A DNA stretch of 64,000 bases from positions 32,001-96,000 of the IMG/VR virus record IMGVR_UViG_3300042868_005520; one strand, given 5' to 3'. The notes below the pieces were generated by a model. It searched no databases. It saw nothing but the letters and a program-made list of their open reading frames with translations, and had not been told where the DNA came from. Source of the DNA: a virus. The position numbers and the translations under genes were made by a program. This document shows, piece after piece, positions 9,831-20,320 of the stretch. Numbering within the stretch: the first letter of the stretch is position 1; every line of letters begins with the position of its first letter.

Positions 9831-9872
9831 TCCCGTCCCTACATACAGTAACCCCTAACAAAAGGATTCATT

Positions 9873-10193
9873 ATGGCTACAAAGATCGTGAAGGTGCTGA
9901 CTGGCGAAGAAATTATTGCAATGATTACGGAAAACTTTGAGGGCGACAAAGTTGTGTCGTATACTTTAAAGAATCCGTGCATGGTTGTGCCTGTGCCAAG
10001 CAAGGGCGGCGGTACAAATATTGCAGTCGTGCCGTGGATGGCATCAGTCAAGGATACAAAGGTTACAGTTCCTGCATCGTATGTAATGTTCACTGCTGAT
10101 CCTGCCACGGATCTTGCAAATGAATTTAATGGTGCATTCAATGGACTAGTTGTTCCGTCCACTGGCTCTTCAGGACTGAAACTCTCTACCTGA
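9873..10193 (+). CDS. Conserved hypothetical T4-like protein (Sm-like beta fold)
   Basis: KIVKVLTGEEIIA...LKNP...PWM pattern; AAGGA SD. Confidence 0.6.
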   Translation: MATKIVKVLTGEEIIAMITENFEGDKVVSYTLKNPCMVVPVPSKGGGTNIAVVPWMASVKDTKVTVPASYVMFTADPATDLANEFNGAFNGLVVPSTGSSGLKLST

Positions 10194-10378
10194 TGCAAAC
10201 CTTAAACATCGAATATTTGAAAGGTCTTCTCCAAAAAAGAAAAGACCTGCTTCGACATGAAGTAAAGCAGATGATCGTTGACAAACTCACTCCTCTTGAT
10301 ACAATTAGGAGTTGTGAGGCAGAGATGGAATTGATTGACACTCAACACAAGGCATTAAGACATTATGAAACTGAATGA
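10193..10378 (+). CDS. Hypothetical protein
   Basis: TGATG coupling to the previous gene, overlaps the uvsX start. Confidence 0.55.
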   Translation: MQTLNIEYLKGLLQKRKDLLRHEVKQMIVDKLTPLDTIRSCEAEMELIDTQHKALRHYETE

Positions 10379-11414
10379 TATTTTGAAGGCGGCAAACAAC
10401 AAGTACGCAACCATTGCAGCAGATGGATTGGAGGGCAGCGATGTCAAGGGATTTATTTCCACGGGATCGTATTCTTTTAATGCTCTACTGAGTGGTTCTA
10501 TTTACGGCGGCATTCCCGACAACAAGATTATTGCTCTTGCGGGTGAACAAGCCACGGGCAAGACTTACTTTGCGCTGAATGTGGTTCGTGAATTTCTTGA
10601 TAGTGATCCCACCGCAATGGTGCTGTATTTTGATACAGAGCAAGCCATCACTAGTGAAATGCTTGACTCTCGCGGAATTGATCGTTCGCGGGTGGCTGTG
10701 CTGCCTGTTGCCACGGTGGAAGAGTTCCGTCACCAATGTGTTCTCACCGTGGACAAGTATTTGGAGACAGACAGCAAGTCTCGTCCTCGCATGATGATTG
10801 TGCTTGACTCTTTGGGAATGTTGTCCACAGAGAAGGAAATGAACGACACCGCCGAAGGCAAGGGAACCCGTGACATGACTCGCGCACAGGTTCTCAAGGC
10901 TACCTTCCGTGTGCTCACCATCAAGTTGGGCTACGCCCGTATTCCACTTATTCTTACGAATCACACTTACGATGTTGTGGGTGCGTATATTCCAATGAAG
11001 GAAATGGGTGGGGGCAGCGGTCTGAAGTACGCTGCGTCCACTATCATCTACCTGTCCAAGAAGAAGGACAAGGTTGACAACGAGGTGGTTGGCAATATCA
11101 TTCACTGCAAGACCAACAAGAGCCGTATGACGAAGCAGGACAAGATGATTGATGTGCAGTTGAATTTTGAAACAGGACTCAACAAGTACTACGGGCTATT
11201 GGATGTGGCAATCAAGTACGGCATCTTCACCAAGGTGTCCACGAAGATTCAGTTGCCCACAGGCAAGACGGCTTTCGAGTCACAGATTAATCGGGATCCT
11301 GAGAAGTACTACACTCCCGATGTGCTTGCAGCAATTGAAGTTGCCGTGAAGAAGGAGTTCTGCTACGGAACGGATGAGAAGCCTGAGCCTGAAGCCACAA
11401 CAGACGAGGAGTGA
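10365..11414 (+). CDS. uvsX: RecA-like recombinase UvsX
   Basis: ISTGSYSFNALLSG, Walker A GEQATGKT, YFDTE, IVLDSLG, TNHTY, MGGGSG. Confidence 0.95.
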   Translation: MKLNDILKAANNKYATIAADGLEGSDVKGFISTGSYSFNALLSGSIYGGIPDNKIIALAGEQATGKTYFALNVVREFLDSDPTAMVLYFDTEQAITSEMLDSRGIDRSRVAVLPVATVEEFRHQCVLTVDKYLETDSKSRPRMMIVLDSLGMLSTEKEMNDTAEGKGTRDMTRAQVLKATFRVLTIKLGYARIPLILTNHTYDVVGAYIPMKEMGGGSGLKYAASTIIYLSKKKDKVDNEVVGNIIHCKTNKSRMTKQDKMIDVQLNFETGLNKYYGLLDVAIKYGIFTKVSTKIQLPTGKTAFESQINRDPEKYYTPDVLAAIEVAVKKEFCYGTDEKPEPEATTDEE

Positions 11415-11415
11415 T

Positions 11416-12828
11416 ATGAGTCAGACGGAACGAACGATCCTATCGGGACTGCTTAATGATTCTGAATTCTGCAAGAAGACTATTCCATTCTTGCAAGAGG
11501 AATACTTTATTGATCGGGTAGACAAGACGGTTTTTCGTTCTGTTCAGAAGTTTGTGGAAGAGTACAAGGGGGTTCCAAGCAAAGAAGCCCTGCTGATTTC
11601 CATTGAGGGAGACAAGAGTATTAGTGAGGATGAATTCTCGCGATGCAAGACTCTTGTTGGAGAGATGTGCAAGTCTACAAAACAGGATACTGATTGGTTG
11701 GTAAAAACCACCGAGAAGTTCTGTCAAGACAAGGCTATCTACAATGCTATTCTTGAGTCAATTCAAATTATTGACGGCAAAGACAAGACACGCACCCCCT
11801 TGGCTCTTCCCGAAATTCTATCAAAGGCACTTGCTGTTTCCTTTGATACCGATGTGGGTCACGACTTTCTTGAGGACTACGAAGAGCGGTACGAGTTCTA
11901 TCACAGGGTAGAGAAGCGCATTCCGTTTGACTTGGAGATGTTCAACACCATTACCAAGGGCGGTATCTGCTCCAAGACCTTGAATATTTTCATGGCAGGA
12001 ACGGGTGTAGGTAAGAGTGCGTTCATGTGCCATCACGCTGCGGCGTGTCTCATGCAAAACAAGAATGTGCTGTACATTACTCTTGAGATGGCAGAAGAGC
12101 GAATTGCCGAACGCATTGACGCAAACATCATGGATATTTCAATGGAAGACATGACTGACTTGTCTTTGGAAATGTACAAGAAGCGGTTGCAAGCGCACAC
12201 ACGGGGAGTCAGCGGTAAACTCATTGTTAAAGAGTATCCCACATCGTCTGCGAATGCAAATCACTTTCGTATTCTGTTGGACGAGTTGCGAATGAAGAAG
12301 CAGTTTGTTCCCGATATTATATTCATTGACTATATTAATATCTGCTCGTCTTCCCGCTTCAAGAGCGGTGGCACAATTAATTCATACGGATATATCAAGG
12401 CTATTGCCGAAGAGTTGCGTGGCTTGGCAATGGAACGGGATGTTCCTATCATCTCTGCCACACAGACTAATCGTGGTGGCTTCTCGTCTACCGATGTGGA
12501 CTTGACTGATACTGCGGAATCGTTTGGACTTCCTGCAACAGCAGACTTGATGATTGCCCTGATCACCACCGATGAATTGGAAAAGTCGGGACACATCTTG
12601 GTGAAGCAGTTGAAGAACCGATACAATACAAAGGCAGCAAACAAAAAGTTTATTGTGGGGTTGAACTACTCCAAGATGAAGTTCTTTGATGTGGACAGCA
12701 GCGAGTCGGAAGACTTGATGGACGCAAACATCAACAAAAAGGAAACAGACGGCTTTGGAAGTGGTTACGGCAAGGACTTAAAGAGTAAGTTTGATACTAA
12801 GCGTGATACCTCTGATTGGAGTGTGTGA
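11416..12828 (+). CDS. gp41: Replicative DnaB-like helicase (T4 gp41)
   Basis: AGTGVGKS, YITLEMAEE, IFIDYINI, SATQTNR, ESFGLPATAD, KQLKNRY; ATG 11416 after GAGGAG. Confidence 0.96.
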   Translation: MSQTERTILSGLLNDSEFCKKTIPFLQEEYFIDRVDKTVFRSVQKFVEEYKGVPSKEALLISIEGDKSISEDEFSRCKTLVGEMCKSTKQDTDWLVKTTEKFCQDKAIYNAILESIQIIDGKDKTRTPLALPEILSKALAVSFDTDVGHDFLEDYEERYEFYHRVEKRIPFDLEMFNTITKGGICSKTLNIFMAGTGVGKSAFMCHHAAACLMQNKNVLYITLEMAEERIAERIDANIMDISMEDMTDLSLEMYKKRLQAHTRGVSGKLIVKEYPTSSANANHFRILLDELRMKKQFVPDIIFIDYINICSSSRFKSGGTINSYGYIKAIAEELRGLAMERDVPIISATQTNRGGFSSTDVDLTDTAESFGLPATADLMIALITTDELEKSGHILVKQLKNRYNTKAANKKFIVGLNYSKMKFFDVDSSESEDLMDANINKKETDGFGSGYGKDLKSKFDTKRDTSDWSV

Positions 12829-13820
12829 TGTCTGCCTACATCGACAAAAAATATATCAACATGGTGTCGCCGCAACTACAGCGGTTCAAGTGGAAGAGTG
12901 CAGAACTAGCCAATTGCCGATGTCCTCTTTGCGGAGACTCACAACGCAACAAGACAAAGGCTCGTGGTTTTTTCTTTCCGAAGAAGAACGACTACTTTTT
13001 TAAATGCCACAACTGTGGTATTGGTCACTCCATGTATCGGTTCTTGCAGTTCGTGGCTCCTGCTCTTGCACACGAGTACGCGCTTGAGCGGTGGCGCAAC
13101 GGCGAGAACGGAAAAAGTAATTATGTAAAGCCTGACGAGCAGATTCTTGCCCTGCCAAAAGCGGATATCCGTCTGCCAAAAATTGCATCGCTTCCCACCG
13201 ATCATCCCGCACAGAAATATTTGGAGTCTCGCAAGGTTCCACACCTTGACCGTTTCTATTTTTCAAATAGTTTTGGTGATTGGGTTAGATCCATTGACCC
13301 TACATACCTTACCGTTCCGAATGACGAGCGTATCGTTATACCGTTCGTGAACAAAGCAGGGGATCTCGTAGCAGCGCAAGGACGCAGCCTAAGTGGTTCC
13401 AAGAATGCCATCCGATACATCACCGTGAAGTTCTGCAAAGACGGCAGAGCCATTTACGGCGAAGATCGTTTGGACTACTCTAGGAGAGTCTATGCAGTTG
13501 AAGGTCCGATTGATTCTGTATTTTTGGATAATGGCATTGCTTTGGCAGGTTGCGAACTCGCCCACGCTACTAAACTCTTTAGTGATTGCGTTATTGTATA
13601 CGATAATGAGCCTCGCAACACGGAGATTGTCGCCAAAGTGCAAGAAGCCATCTCCGCAGGGTACACCGTATGCGTGTGGTCTGACAGCGTAGACGAGAAA
13701 GACATTAACGACATGGTGCTTGCAGGACGCACACCACAAGAAGTTCAGAAGTTGATTGACGAGTGTTCGTGTAGTGGTCTTGTTGCCCATGCACGGTTTT
13801 CACAATGGAGGATGCGATGA
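12828..13820 (+). CDS. gp61: DNA primase (T4 gp61)
   Basis: Zn finger CPLCGDS...CHNCG, TOPRIM VEGPIDS, DNEPRN, KDINDM. Confidence 0.95.
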   Translation: MSAYIDKKYINMVSPQLQRFKWKSAELANCRCPLCGDSQRNKTKARGFFFPKKNDYFFKCHNCGIGHSMYRFLQFVAPALAHEYALERWRNGENGKSNYVKPDEQILALPKADIRLPKIASLPTDHPAQKYLESRKVPHLDRFYFSNSFGDWVRSIDPTYLTVPNDERIVIPFVNKAGDLVAAQGRSLSGSKNAIRYITVKFCKDGRAIYGEDRLDYSRRVYAVEGPIDSVFLDNGIALAGCELAHATKLFSDCVIVYDNEPRNTEIVAKVQEAISAGYTVCVWSDSVDEKDINDMVLAGRTPQEVQKLIDECSCSGLVAHARFSQWRMR

Positions 13821-14500
13821 AAGAAGTAAAGGTTCTTGATAACGGATTCGTGCAGTATGTTTCTCATATGGGAAATGATTTAACTGTTGCAAATGCAGCG
13901 CGTGTATCGTTTCACAAGATTAGCGAAGAGTTCACCGACAAGGACGGTAAACTTATTAACTATCTTGCCAAGCACAAGCATTGGACTCCGTTCGCCCATC
14001 CACAAATCACACTGCGGATCAAGGCTCCCATCTTTGTTCGCACCCAACTCTTTAAACATAAAGTTGGCATGACTGAGAATGAAGTAAGCCGCCGCTATGT
14101 TTCCGATCCACCCGTGGTGTACCTTCCTCGTTGGCGTGGCAAGCCTACAGGTGGAGCCAAACAAGGCTCCGAAGACTTTATGCCTATAGATGACGAGTAC
14201 AACACTGTGAATCGACACTACGAAATAACGGTGCGGGAATGCCTACTAACCTATGATGAACTCCTGAAGCGGGGCGTGGCTCCCGAACAGGCTCGTGCGG
14301 TGCTGCCACAGGGAACCTATACCGAATGGTGGTGGACGGGATCGCTCTCGGCATTCGCAAGAGTGTACTCACAACGCAGTGATTCTCATGCACAATGGGA
14401 ATGTCAAGAGTACGCCTCCGCAATAGCAGCAGTAATCTCTCCACTATTCCCCCATTCTTGGGGTGCTTTAACCGCCAAGCCACCCATCTCCCTCGCCTAA
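13817..14500 (+). CDS. thyX: Flavin-dependent thymidylate synthase
   Basis: NAARVS, HWTPF, APIFVRTQ, NEVSRRY, PEQARAVLP, HAQWE. Confidence 0.93.
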   Translation: MKEVKVLDNGFVQYVSHMGNDLTVANAARVSFHKISEEFTDKDGKLINYLAKHKHWTPFAHPQITLRIKAPIFVRTQLFKHKVGMTENEVSRRYVSDPPVVYLPRWRGKPTGGAKQGSEDFMPIDDEYNTVNRHYEITVRECLLTYDELLKRGVAPEQARAVLPQGTYTEWWWTGSLSAFARVYSQRSDSHAQWECQEYASAIAAVISPLFPHSWGALTAKPPISLA

Positions 14501-14508
14501 ATACGGGG

Positions 14509-16170
14509 ATGACCGATTCACCTAGTTCAAACTCACCCACAGAGCCGCGCCGAACTGCTGCCATTTCCAGTGGTAAGTATTCATCGGGTTCTGTATTTCG
14601 TTTAGTACGGGAGATCCGTGGTTCCGCGTACTCTGTGGGTGACGAGTTTATTCTTTCAGAAGAGCAGGACTGCTTTAATCCTAGCATTCTACGGCTTGGT
14701 GGCGTTGGCGAAAACTATTTTGCTGACCCAAGTGGTCGCCCTCTTAAAATTGAAGCGGGAGACAAGCAGATTGATTCTATTTTTCAATTGGTAGAACCCA
14801 CTGCTGTACCATTACTAGAAGAAATTAAAGTGGTTTCGCCTCCTGTACGAAATGTTTCAGAGACAGAGTTTTCTGCATTCCGTTCAGGGTTGGCTGATCT
14901 ACTCACTGAGATTTCTGCTGTTACGCCCACACAAGGTGAACGAGGCGAACGGGGTACTCGTGGATACACAGGTGTTCAGGGAGCAAAAGGCGATAAGGGT
15001 GACAAGGGAGATCAGGGAGAACAAGGACAAGCAGGAATCACTGGTGAACGGGGACAGCAAGGTGAGCAGGGAGTTGCTGGTGTTCAGGGTGATAAGGGAG
15101 ACAAAGGCGATACGGGTAGTAGTGGTGCTGATGGAGTGCAAGGAGTTCAAGGCAACAAGGGTGATAAGGGTGATCGCGGAGATCAGGGGCTGCAAGGAGT
15201 TCAGGGCAAGAAGGGCGACACGGGAGTTGCAGGTAAAAAAGGAGACAAGGGCGACAAGGGAGATCGCGGTGAGCAAGGACTTCGCGGTGTTAGTGGTGCG
15301 CGAGGCGAAGCAGGAGTAGCAGGAGTAGCAGGTAAACGCGGTGCTGATGGTGCTGACGGCAAGGCGGGAGTCAAGGGAGTCCGAGGAGCCAAGGGAGATA
15401 AAGGCAGCACTGGCGATTCAGGTATTGTTTCTGCTAAGTTTCCACTTGTTTATGACGCAGCCGAAAAAACCATCTCAATTGATGAGGCACGGCTAGACAA
15501 AATTCTCAAGAAGATTCTTGGCGGCGGCAAGGTGTCTCCACAAGACATGGGTTGGCTTGCGTCCACGGGTGGTGGCGGCAAGGTGGCTGTGCACATTAAC
15601 GGCTCCAAGATTACTCCTGATGTTCGCACACTAGACTTTACAGGCGCAGGAGTCACGGCTTCCAAGGTTGGTGGCAAGGTCACCATTAATTTTACAGGCA
15701 CAGGTGGTGGAACCGCCGCAGCAGGAACAAACTTCTACTATCGAGAAAATCCACCTGTTGCGATTGATGGAGTTACTATTGGTTCTCGTTGGATGGACTC
15801 CGACAACGGACAAGAGTACATCTACATTAATGACGGAAATACTCAGCAGTGGGTGCAGCCAGCAATTCCAAATGTAATATCAAGTGTTGTTCACACCGTT
15901 GTGACTATTAGTGCCGCAACTTACGAGGCAAGCAATCTAGACTATTACATTGGGGTTAGTTCTGGAGTTCCATCAACTATTACTCTGCCTGAAGGACCAG
16001 CATACGGGCGAGAGGTAATAATTAAAGATGAATCAGGGCAGTCAAACACCTACCCTATCACGGTGGTTGGTGCAGATTCCGCTCTCATAGATAATCAGGC
16101 TGGTGTTACTATTGATACCAACAATAGAGCAATTCATTTTATATACAACAGTGGATGGAGAATAATATAA
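14509..16170 (+). CDS. Collagen-like (Gly-X-Y) virion fibre protein
   Basis: Long G-X-Y run (about 14932-15423); C-terminal GSRWMDSDNGQEYIY..WVQ and ITLP..GREVIIKDESG fibre modules; start placed at ATG 14509. Confidence 0.85.
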   Translation: MTDSPSSNSPTEPRRTAAISSGKYSSGSVFRLVREIRGSAYSVGDEFILSEEQDCFNPSILRLGGVGENYFADPSGRPLKIEAGDKQIDSIFQLVEPTAVPLLEEIKVVSPPVRNVSETEFSAFRSGLADLLTEISAVTPTQGERGERGTRGYTGVQGAKGDKGDKGDQGEQGQAGITGERGQQGEQGVAGVQGDKGDKGDTGSSGADGVQGVQGNKGDKGDRGDQGLQGVQGKKGDTGVAGKKGDKGDKGDRGEQGLRGVSGARGEAGVAGVAGKRGADGADGKAGVKGVRGAKGDKGSTGDSGIVSAKFPLVYDAAEKTISIDEARLDKILKKILGGGKVSPQDMGWLASTGGGGKVAVHINGSKITPDVRTLDFTGAGVTASKVGGKVTINFTGTGGGTAAAGTNFYYRENPPVAIDGVTIGSRWMDSDNGQEYIYINDGNTQQWVQPAIPNVISSVVHTVVTISAATYEASNLDYYIGVSSGVPSTITLPEGPAYGREVIIKDESGQSNTYPITVVGADSALIDNQAGVTIDTNNRAIHFIYNSGWRII

Positions 16171-16174
16171 TTCC

Positions 16175-16606
16175 ATGCCACTAGATTTCCCCCCATCACC
16201 AAGCGTAAACAATACCTACTCCTTTGGCGGAAAAACATGGAAGTGGAATGGTGCTGCATGGGAGGTATTTTTCAGTATTGATAGCGGTGCTGCTGTCGTG
16301 GGCACTTCATTTGAAGTGGAAGTAACTGCTGGAGCAACTCAATACATTATTGGATTACCTAATAATGTGGTGATAGGCAGTGGAATCAGCACAAATTATT
16401 TGAATTTTGCTAATGGATCCACCTTTTCGGGAAACTCTTCAGGCGTAACTCTTTCTAATACTTTGAATGTTTCGGGTGATCTAAATATAGCAGGACGACT
16501 CCTCGTAGATGGGGTCATTGTCAGCAAATCAGGATTCAGTGGATTTACTGGAAACGGTATAGTTGAGCCAGTAACTGATGTAGACCTAGACGGAGGAGAA
16601 TTCTAA
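16175..16606 (+). CDS. Small fibre adaptor protein
   Basis: N-terminal LDFPPSP...TWKWNGAAW, C-terminal LDGGEF. Confidence 0.6.
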   Translation: MPLDFPPSPSVNNTYSFGGKTWKWNGAAWEVFFSIDSGAAVVGTSFEVEVTAGATQYIIGLPNNVVIGSGISTNYLNFANGSTFSGNSSGVTLSNTLNVSGDLNIAGRLLVDGVIVSKSGFSGFTGNGIVEPVTDVDLDGGEF

Positions 16607-16607
16607 A

Positions 16608-18089
16608 ATGGCAATTATCCGTATAAAACGATCAACAGGAACCAATTTACCATCAGGTCTTACCTTTGGCGAGTTGGCGTTTGTGCAAGGCAGTGGAGCC
16701 ACCGCAAATCGTTTGTATATTGCAGGTAGTTCAGGTGGAACCGCATGGGTCGGCGCAGAGATTCTCAATTCTCCCATCTATTGGAGTGGACTAACTGCAC
16801 AAACCACTCTTGCAACCATTTCTGCAACCGAAAACCGAATTGTTGCTGGTGGTGGTGTAACATTTGCATCAGATATAACAGTAAATATTAGTGCAGGTAA
16901 ATATTTTGGAAAGTATACTCGCGGAGACATTATTCCCGCAACAGGAAAAACTGTTAAAGAAGTGGTAGAGTTGTCACTTAGTGAAGTGATTACACCCCTG
17001 ATAACTATTGTCCCATCAGGAACTATTGATTTTGGTCAGACATCTGGAAGCATCTCCCTTGCTGTTACCTACACCATCAAGACCGCAGGAGCAAGCGCAG
17101 CAGGTTCCACGCTAGAATTCCAGTATAACGGTGCTGCAAGTTGGACAACTCTATCTACTGCCCTAAAGGATGATGCCAAGGGAACGGATCAGCAATACAC
17201 TGGTTCATTCACGCATAACACATGGAATCGTGCGAGTGATGCGGGATCTGGTGGTACATACGGAACCACAGTATTCAACTACAGATACACCATTCACGAC
17301 ACATTCGGTGCAACCGCAACCATATCAACAACGAGAACTCCTGGAGGTGCATCTTCTCCAACTGTTGACACTTTTGTTGCTGCTGGAAATGTGTCTGCTC
17401 CCGAAACCAATACCGTGCGAGAAAAAGGAAATACTTACTCCACCATTACAGCCACTTTAAGAAGAGTGAATCAGTATGTTCCTCTGACATTCTGGAAACT
17501 CCAATACAGAGAAAATGGCATTGGTGCATACGCAGACACAAACACGCCTTCTGCTGGTTTTCAAGCAGTTAGCGGAAATCCTGGCACTGTTTCTATCAGT
17601 ACCAATCACGCCCCTGCTAACACAGTGAATCGGGTTGACTATCAAGTTGTGGTTCGTGATCAGTATAGAGACACGATAAACGCAAATGGTGTAGATGTCA
17701 CTCCAACACCTAATCCTGGTGTATCTTTTGGTTACAAGATATTCTACGGGGCAACCGCTTCCATTCCAACGAATTCGGCGGGTGTGCGTACTCTTCCTGG
17801 TGTAAGCATGGCAAGCGGAACCAATGCGTTCCCTAATCCATTCACACTGAACAGCGGAATTGCATTTAAAAACTTTGTTATTGCCTTGCCTACAAACATA
17901 ACCGTATTAACACAAGCAGATTTGGAAGCAATTAGCGCAAGTCCAGGCTACGCACTAAGCGGTTCGCTGACCGCTGTTAATGATGTAGCAGGAAACTCTA
18001 AAAATTATAATGTGTATACCCTGACGAACGGAAGTACCTATGCCGAAAATCACCGTCATGTCATAACAACCACAGGAACGGTAGCCTAA
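16608..18089 (+). CDS. Fibre/receptor-binding-like protein with Mtd-N-like N-terminus
   Basis: MAIIRIKRS..PSGLTFGELA N-terminus; T/G/S-rich beta modules. Confidence 0.7.
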   Translation: MAIIRIKRSTGTNLPSGLTFGELAFVQGSGATANRLYIAGSSGGTAWVGAEILNSPIYWSGLTAQTTLATISATENRIVAGGGVTFASDITVNISAGKYFGKYTRGDIIPATGKTVKEVVELSLSEVITPLITIVPSGTIDFGQTSGSISLAVTYTIKTAGASAAGSTLEFQYNGAASWTTLSTALKDDAKGTDQQYTGSFTHNTWNRASDAGSGGTYGTTVFNYRYTIHDTFGATATISTTRTPGGASSPTVDTFVAAGNVSAPETNTVREKGNTYSTITATLRRVNQYVPLTFWKLQYRENGIGAYADTNTPSAGFQAVSGNPGTVSISTNHAPANTVNRVDYQVVVRDQYRDTINANGVDVTPTPNPGVSFGYKIFYGATASIPTNSAGVRTLPGVSMASGTNAFPNPFTLNSGIAFKNFVIALPTNITVLTQADLEAISASPGYALSGSLTAVNDVAGNSKNYNVYTLTNGSTYAENHRHVITTTGTVA

Positions 18090-18090
18090 T

Positions 18091-20055
18091 ATGCCACTTC
18101 ATCAATTCACAAGCGGTCTTCAATTAGGATACGGAATACAGCCCGTAAATCCTGTTCCTGTTGATTCATTTTCTGGTCCATATGCTGCGGGAACAACCAC
18201 TGCCGCAGTTGAATTGGCAAATGCCACCATTCCTGCTGCCCTGCGATTCTTGTCACTTGAAGTACGAATTTTGGCTCCTTATGAGGGTGCAACCCTTGCA
18301 TACAAGTACTGGTATCGTGGCAGTACAGCAGATAATGGACTTGTAGAATTTTCGTCTGCTTCCAATTCCACTGATTCTGGAGTAACACTAGCAGTCGCTG
18401 GCGCAGGAATTGTGCTGTCTCCCGCAGGAGGAACAGGAACAGTTACATTTATCAATAATGGTGTGTTGTCATTCAACGGCAATACTGGTGCTGTTAGTGG
18501 TGCTTCACTTGGTGCAAACACCTTTACGGCACTCAATACCTTTAATGCAGGTATCACCACATCATCTATTTACGCTTCGACAGGATCCACTTTTGGTGCA
18601 CGAGTTGATGTTGCTGGTGTTCTTGATGTTGCTGGTGGTGTCACACTAGAAGCAACTCTTGATGTAACTAGTGTTGCTAAATTCAATAGCAATGTTACTC
18701 TCGGCGATGAAGTTGCAGATATTATAACCGTAAATGGTCGGTTTATAGCAAATGCAGGTATTACAGCAAATGCAGGTATTACTACAGCATTCATCTACGC
18801 TTCCACAGGATCCACTTTCGGTGGAACCCTCGTAGTAAACGGTGGAGCAACCTTTGCCGCGACAGATCACTCTGGTGTTGCTAGATTTGCAGCAGGACTC
18901 ACCACAAGTACTCTTGATGTTGTGGGCATCTCCAGGTTTGCAGGTGGTTCAACCTTCTCAGGCATCGCTACATTCACTTCTGGTATTACTACTTCATTCG
19001 TCTACGCTTCGACTGGTTCTACCTTTGGCGCACGAGTCGATGTTGCAGGTGTTCTTGATGTTGTTGGTGGTGTCACACTAGAAAATACTCTTGATGTTAG
19101 TGGTGTAGCGCGGTTCACCGTAGGTATTACCACATCAACTCTTAATTCTTCAGGAGCAATTAGAGCCAACGGAGGACTGACTGCTTCCACTCTTGATGTT
19201 CAGGGTGTTTCCAAGTTTGCAGGTGGAGCAACATTCGCTTCCCCTGCTGATTTTGCTTCTGCTGCCAAATTTGCTGTGGGGTTGACCTCTAGCGGAGATG
19301 TGGTTGTTGGTTCTGCTGGTACCGTACTCAAGACAAACGGCGATGCCACCATTGGTGCAACTCTCACGGTGAACGGAAACTTCTTTGTTGCAGGAACACT
19401 GACCACTGTTAACCGAACCGATCTTTCCATTGACGATAAGACCATTACTCTTGGTAGAACTCTTGCAGATGATGCTCTTGCAGACGGTGGTGGACTGTCT
19501 CTCAATGGATCATCTCCTAGAACACTCACTTGGAGCAACAGTGCCGATGCGTGGACAAGCAACGACAACTTTAATGTTACTACTGGTTACGGCTACAAGG
19601 TAAACAACACCACAGCCCTTGCTTCAGGCATGGTTCACGGGTTGAGTGCTTCGACAGGAATAATTACTGGTGGTACATGGGCAGCAAACCTGATTGGTCT
19701 TACCTACGGGGGAACAAACAAGGATCTATCGGGAGCGGCTGCTTTTGGAGTTGTATACAAAGATGCCGACAGTATGGAAGTCACGGCAGCAGGAACTTCA
19801 GGACAAATTCTAAAGTCCAACGGTTCTGCTGCCCCAACATGGATAGATGTGACTTCTCTGTCTGGTCTAACAGCAGCAAAGGTCAAAACCACCGCCACGA
19901 ATACCGCAGGAACATACTTCCTTACATTCGTAACGGCTGCTTCAGACTCTACTGATCTGTTTGTTGATACCACCACAGGCGTAACCTACGATGCAAACAC
20001 AGGTTTATTGTCCTGCACAAAGTTAGAAGCACTTGTTGATGGTGGTACATTTTGA
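18091..20055 (+). CDS. Tail-fibre-like repeat protein
   Basis: Internal repeats (SFNGNTGAV, YASTGSTFGARVDVAGVLDV), IDDKTITL module, C-terminal VDGGTF. Confidence 0.75.
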   Translation: MPLHQFTSGLQLGYGIQPVNPVPVDSFSGPYAAGTTTAAVELANATIPAALRFLSLEVRILAPYEGATLAYKYWYRGSTADNGLVEFSSASNSTDSGVTLAVAGAGIVLSPAGGTGTVTFINNGVLSFNGNTGAVSGASLGANTFTALNTFNAGITTSSIYASTGSTFGARVDVAGVLDVAGGVTLEATLDVTSVAKFNSNVTLGDEVADIITVNGRFIANAGITANAGITTAFIYASTGSTFGGTLVVNGGATFAATDHSGVARFAAGLTTSTLDVVGISRFAGGSTFSGIATFTSGITTSFVYASTGSTFGARVDVAGVLDVVGGVTLENTLDVSGVARFTVGITTSTLNSSGAIRANGGLTASTLDVQGVSKFAGGATFASPADFASAAKFAVGLTSSGDVVVGSAGTVLKTNGDATIGATLTVNGNFFVAGTLTTVNRTDLSIDDKTITLGRTLADDALADGGGLSLNGSSPRTLTWSNSADAWTSNDNFNVTTGYGYKVNNTTALASGMVHGLSASTGIITGGTWAANLIGLTYGGTNKDLSGAAAFGVVYKDADSMEVTAAGTSGQILKSNGSAAPTWIDVTSLSGLTAAKVKTTATNTAGTYFLTFVTAASDSTDLFVDTTTGVTYDANTGLLSCTKLEALVDGGTF

Positions 20056-20096
20056 TCACCTAGTTTGATCGCCTAGATAGAGTGAAAGGCTTTACT

Positions 20097-20312
20097 ATGA
20101 ACGAACCAAATTACAATGAGACTGTTGTGATTCCGTTGCTTCAGAAGAAGTTTCAGGAACTCACTAACGCAAATCTAGTATTGGAGGCTAATCTTCTTGT
20201 GGAAAAGGAGAAAAATGCCTATTTACAAAAGCAGATAGCGTACATTCGTGGCGACACGCCACCAAAGAAAAAGAAAAAAGATGACTTGGTGATAGACGGC
20301 AACTCCGTCTAA
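20097..20312 (+). CDS. Small coiled-coil protein (paralogue of 23368..23886)
   Basis: NETVVIPLLQKKFQELTNANLVLEA versus NETILIPLLNKRLTDLVVANILTEA; GAAAGG SD before ATG 20097. Confidence 0.65.
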   Translation: MNEPNYNETVVIPLLQKKFQELTNANLVLEANLLVEKEKNAYLQKQIAYIRGDTPPKKKKKDDLVIDGNSV

Positions 20313-20320
20313 AATATTTA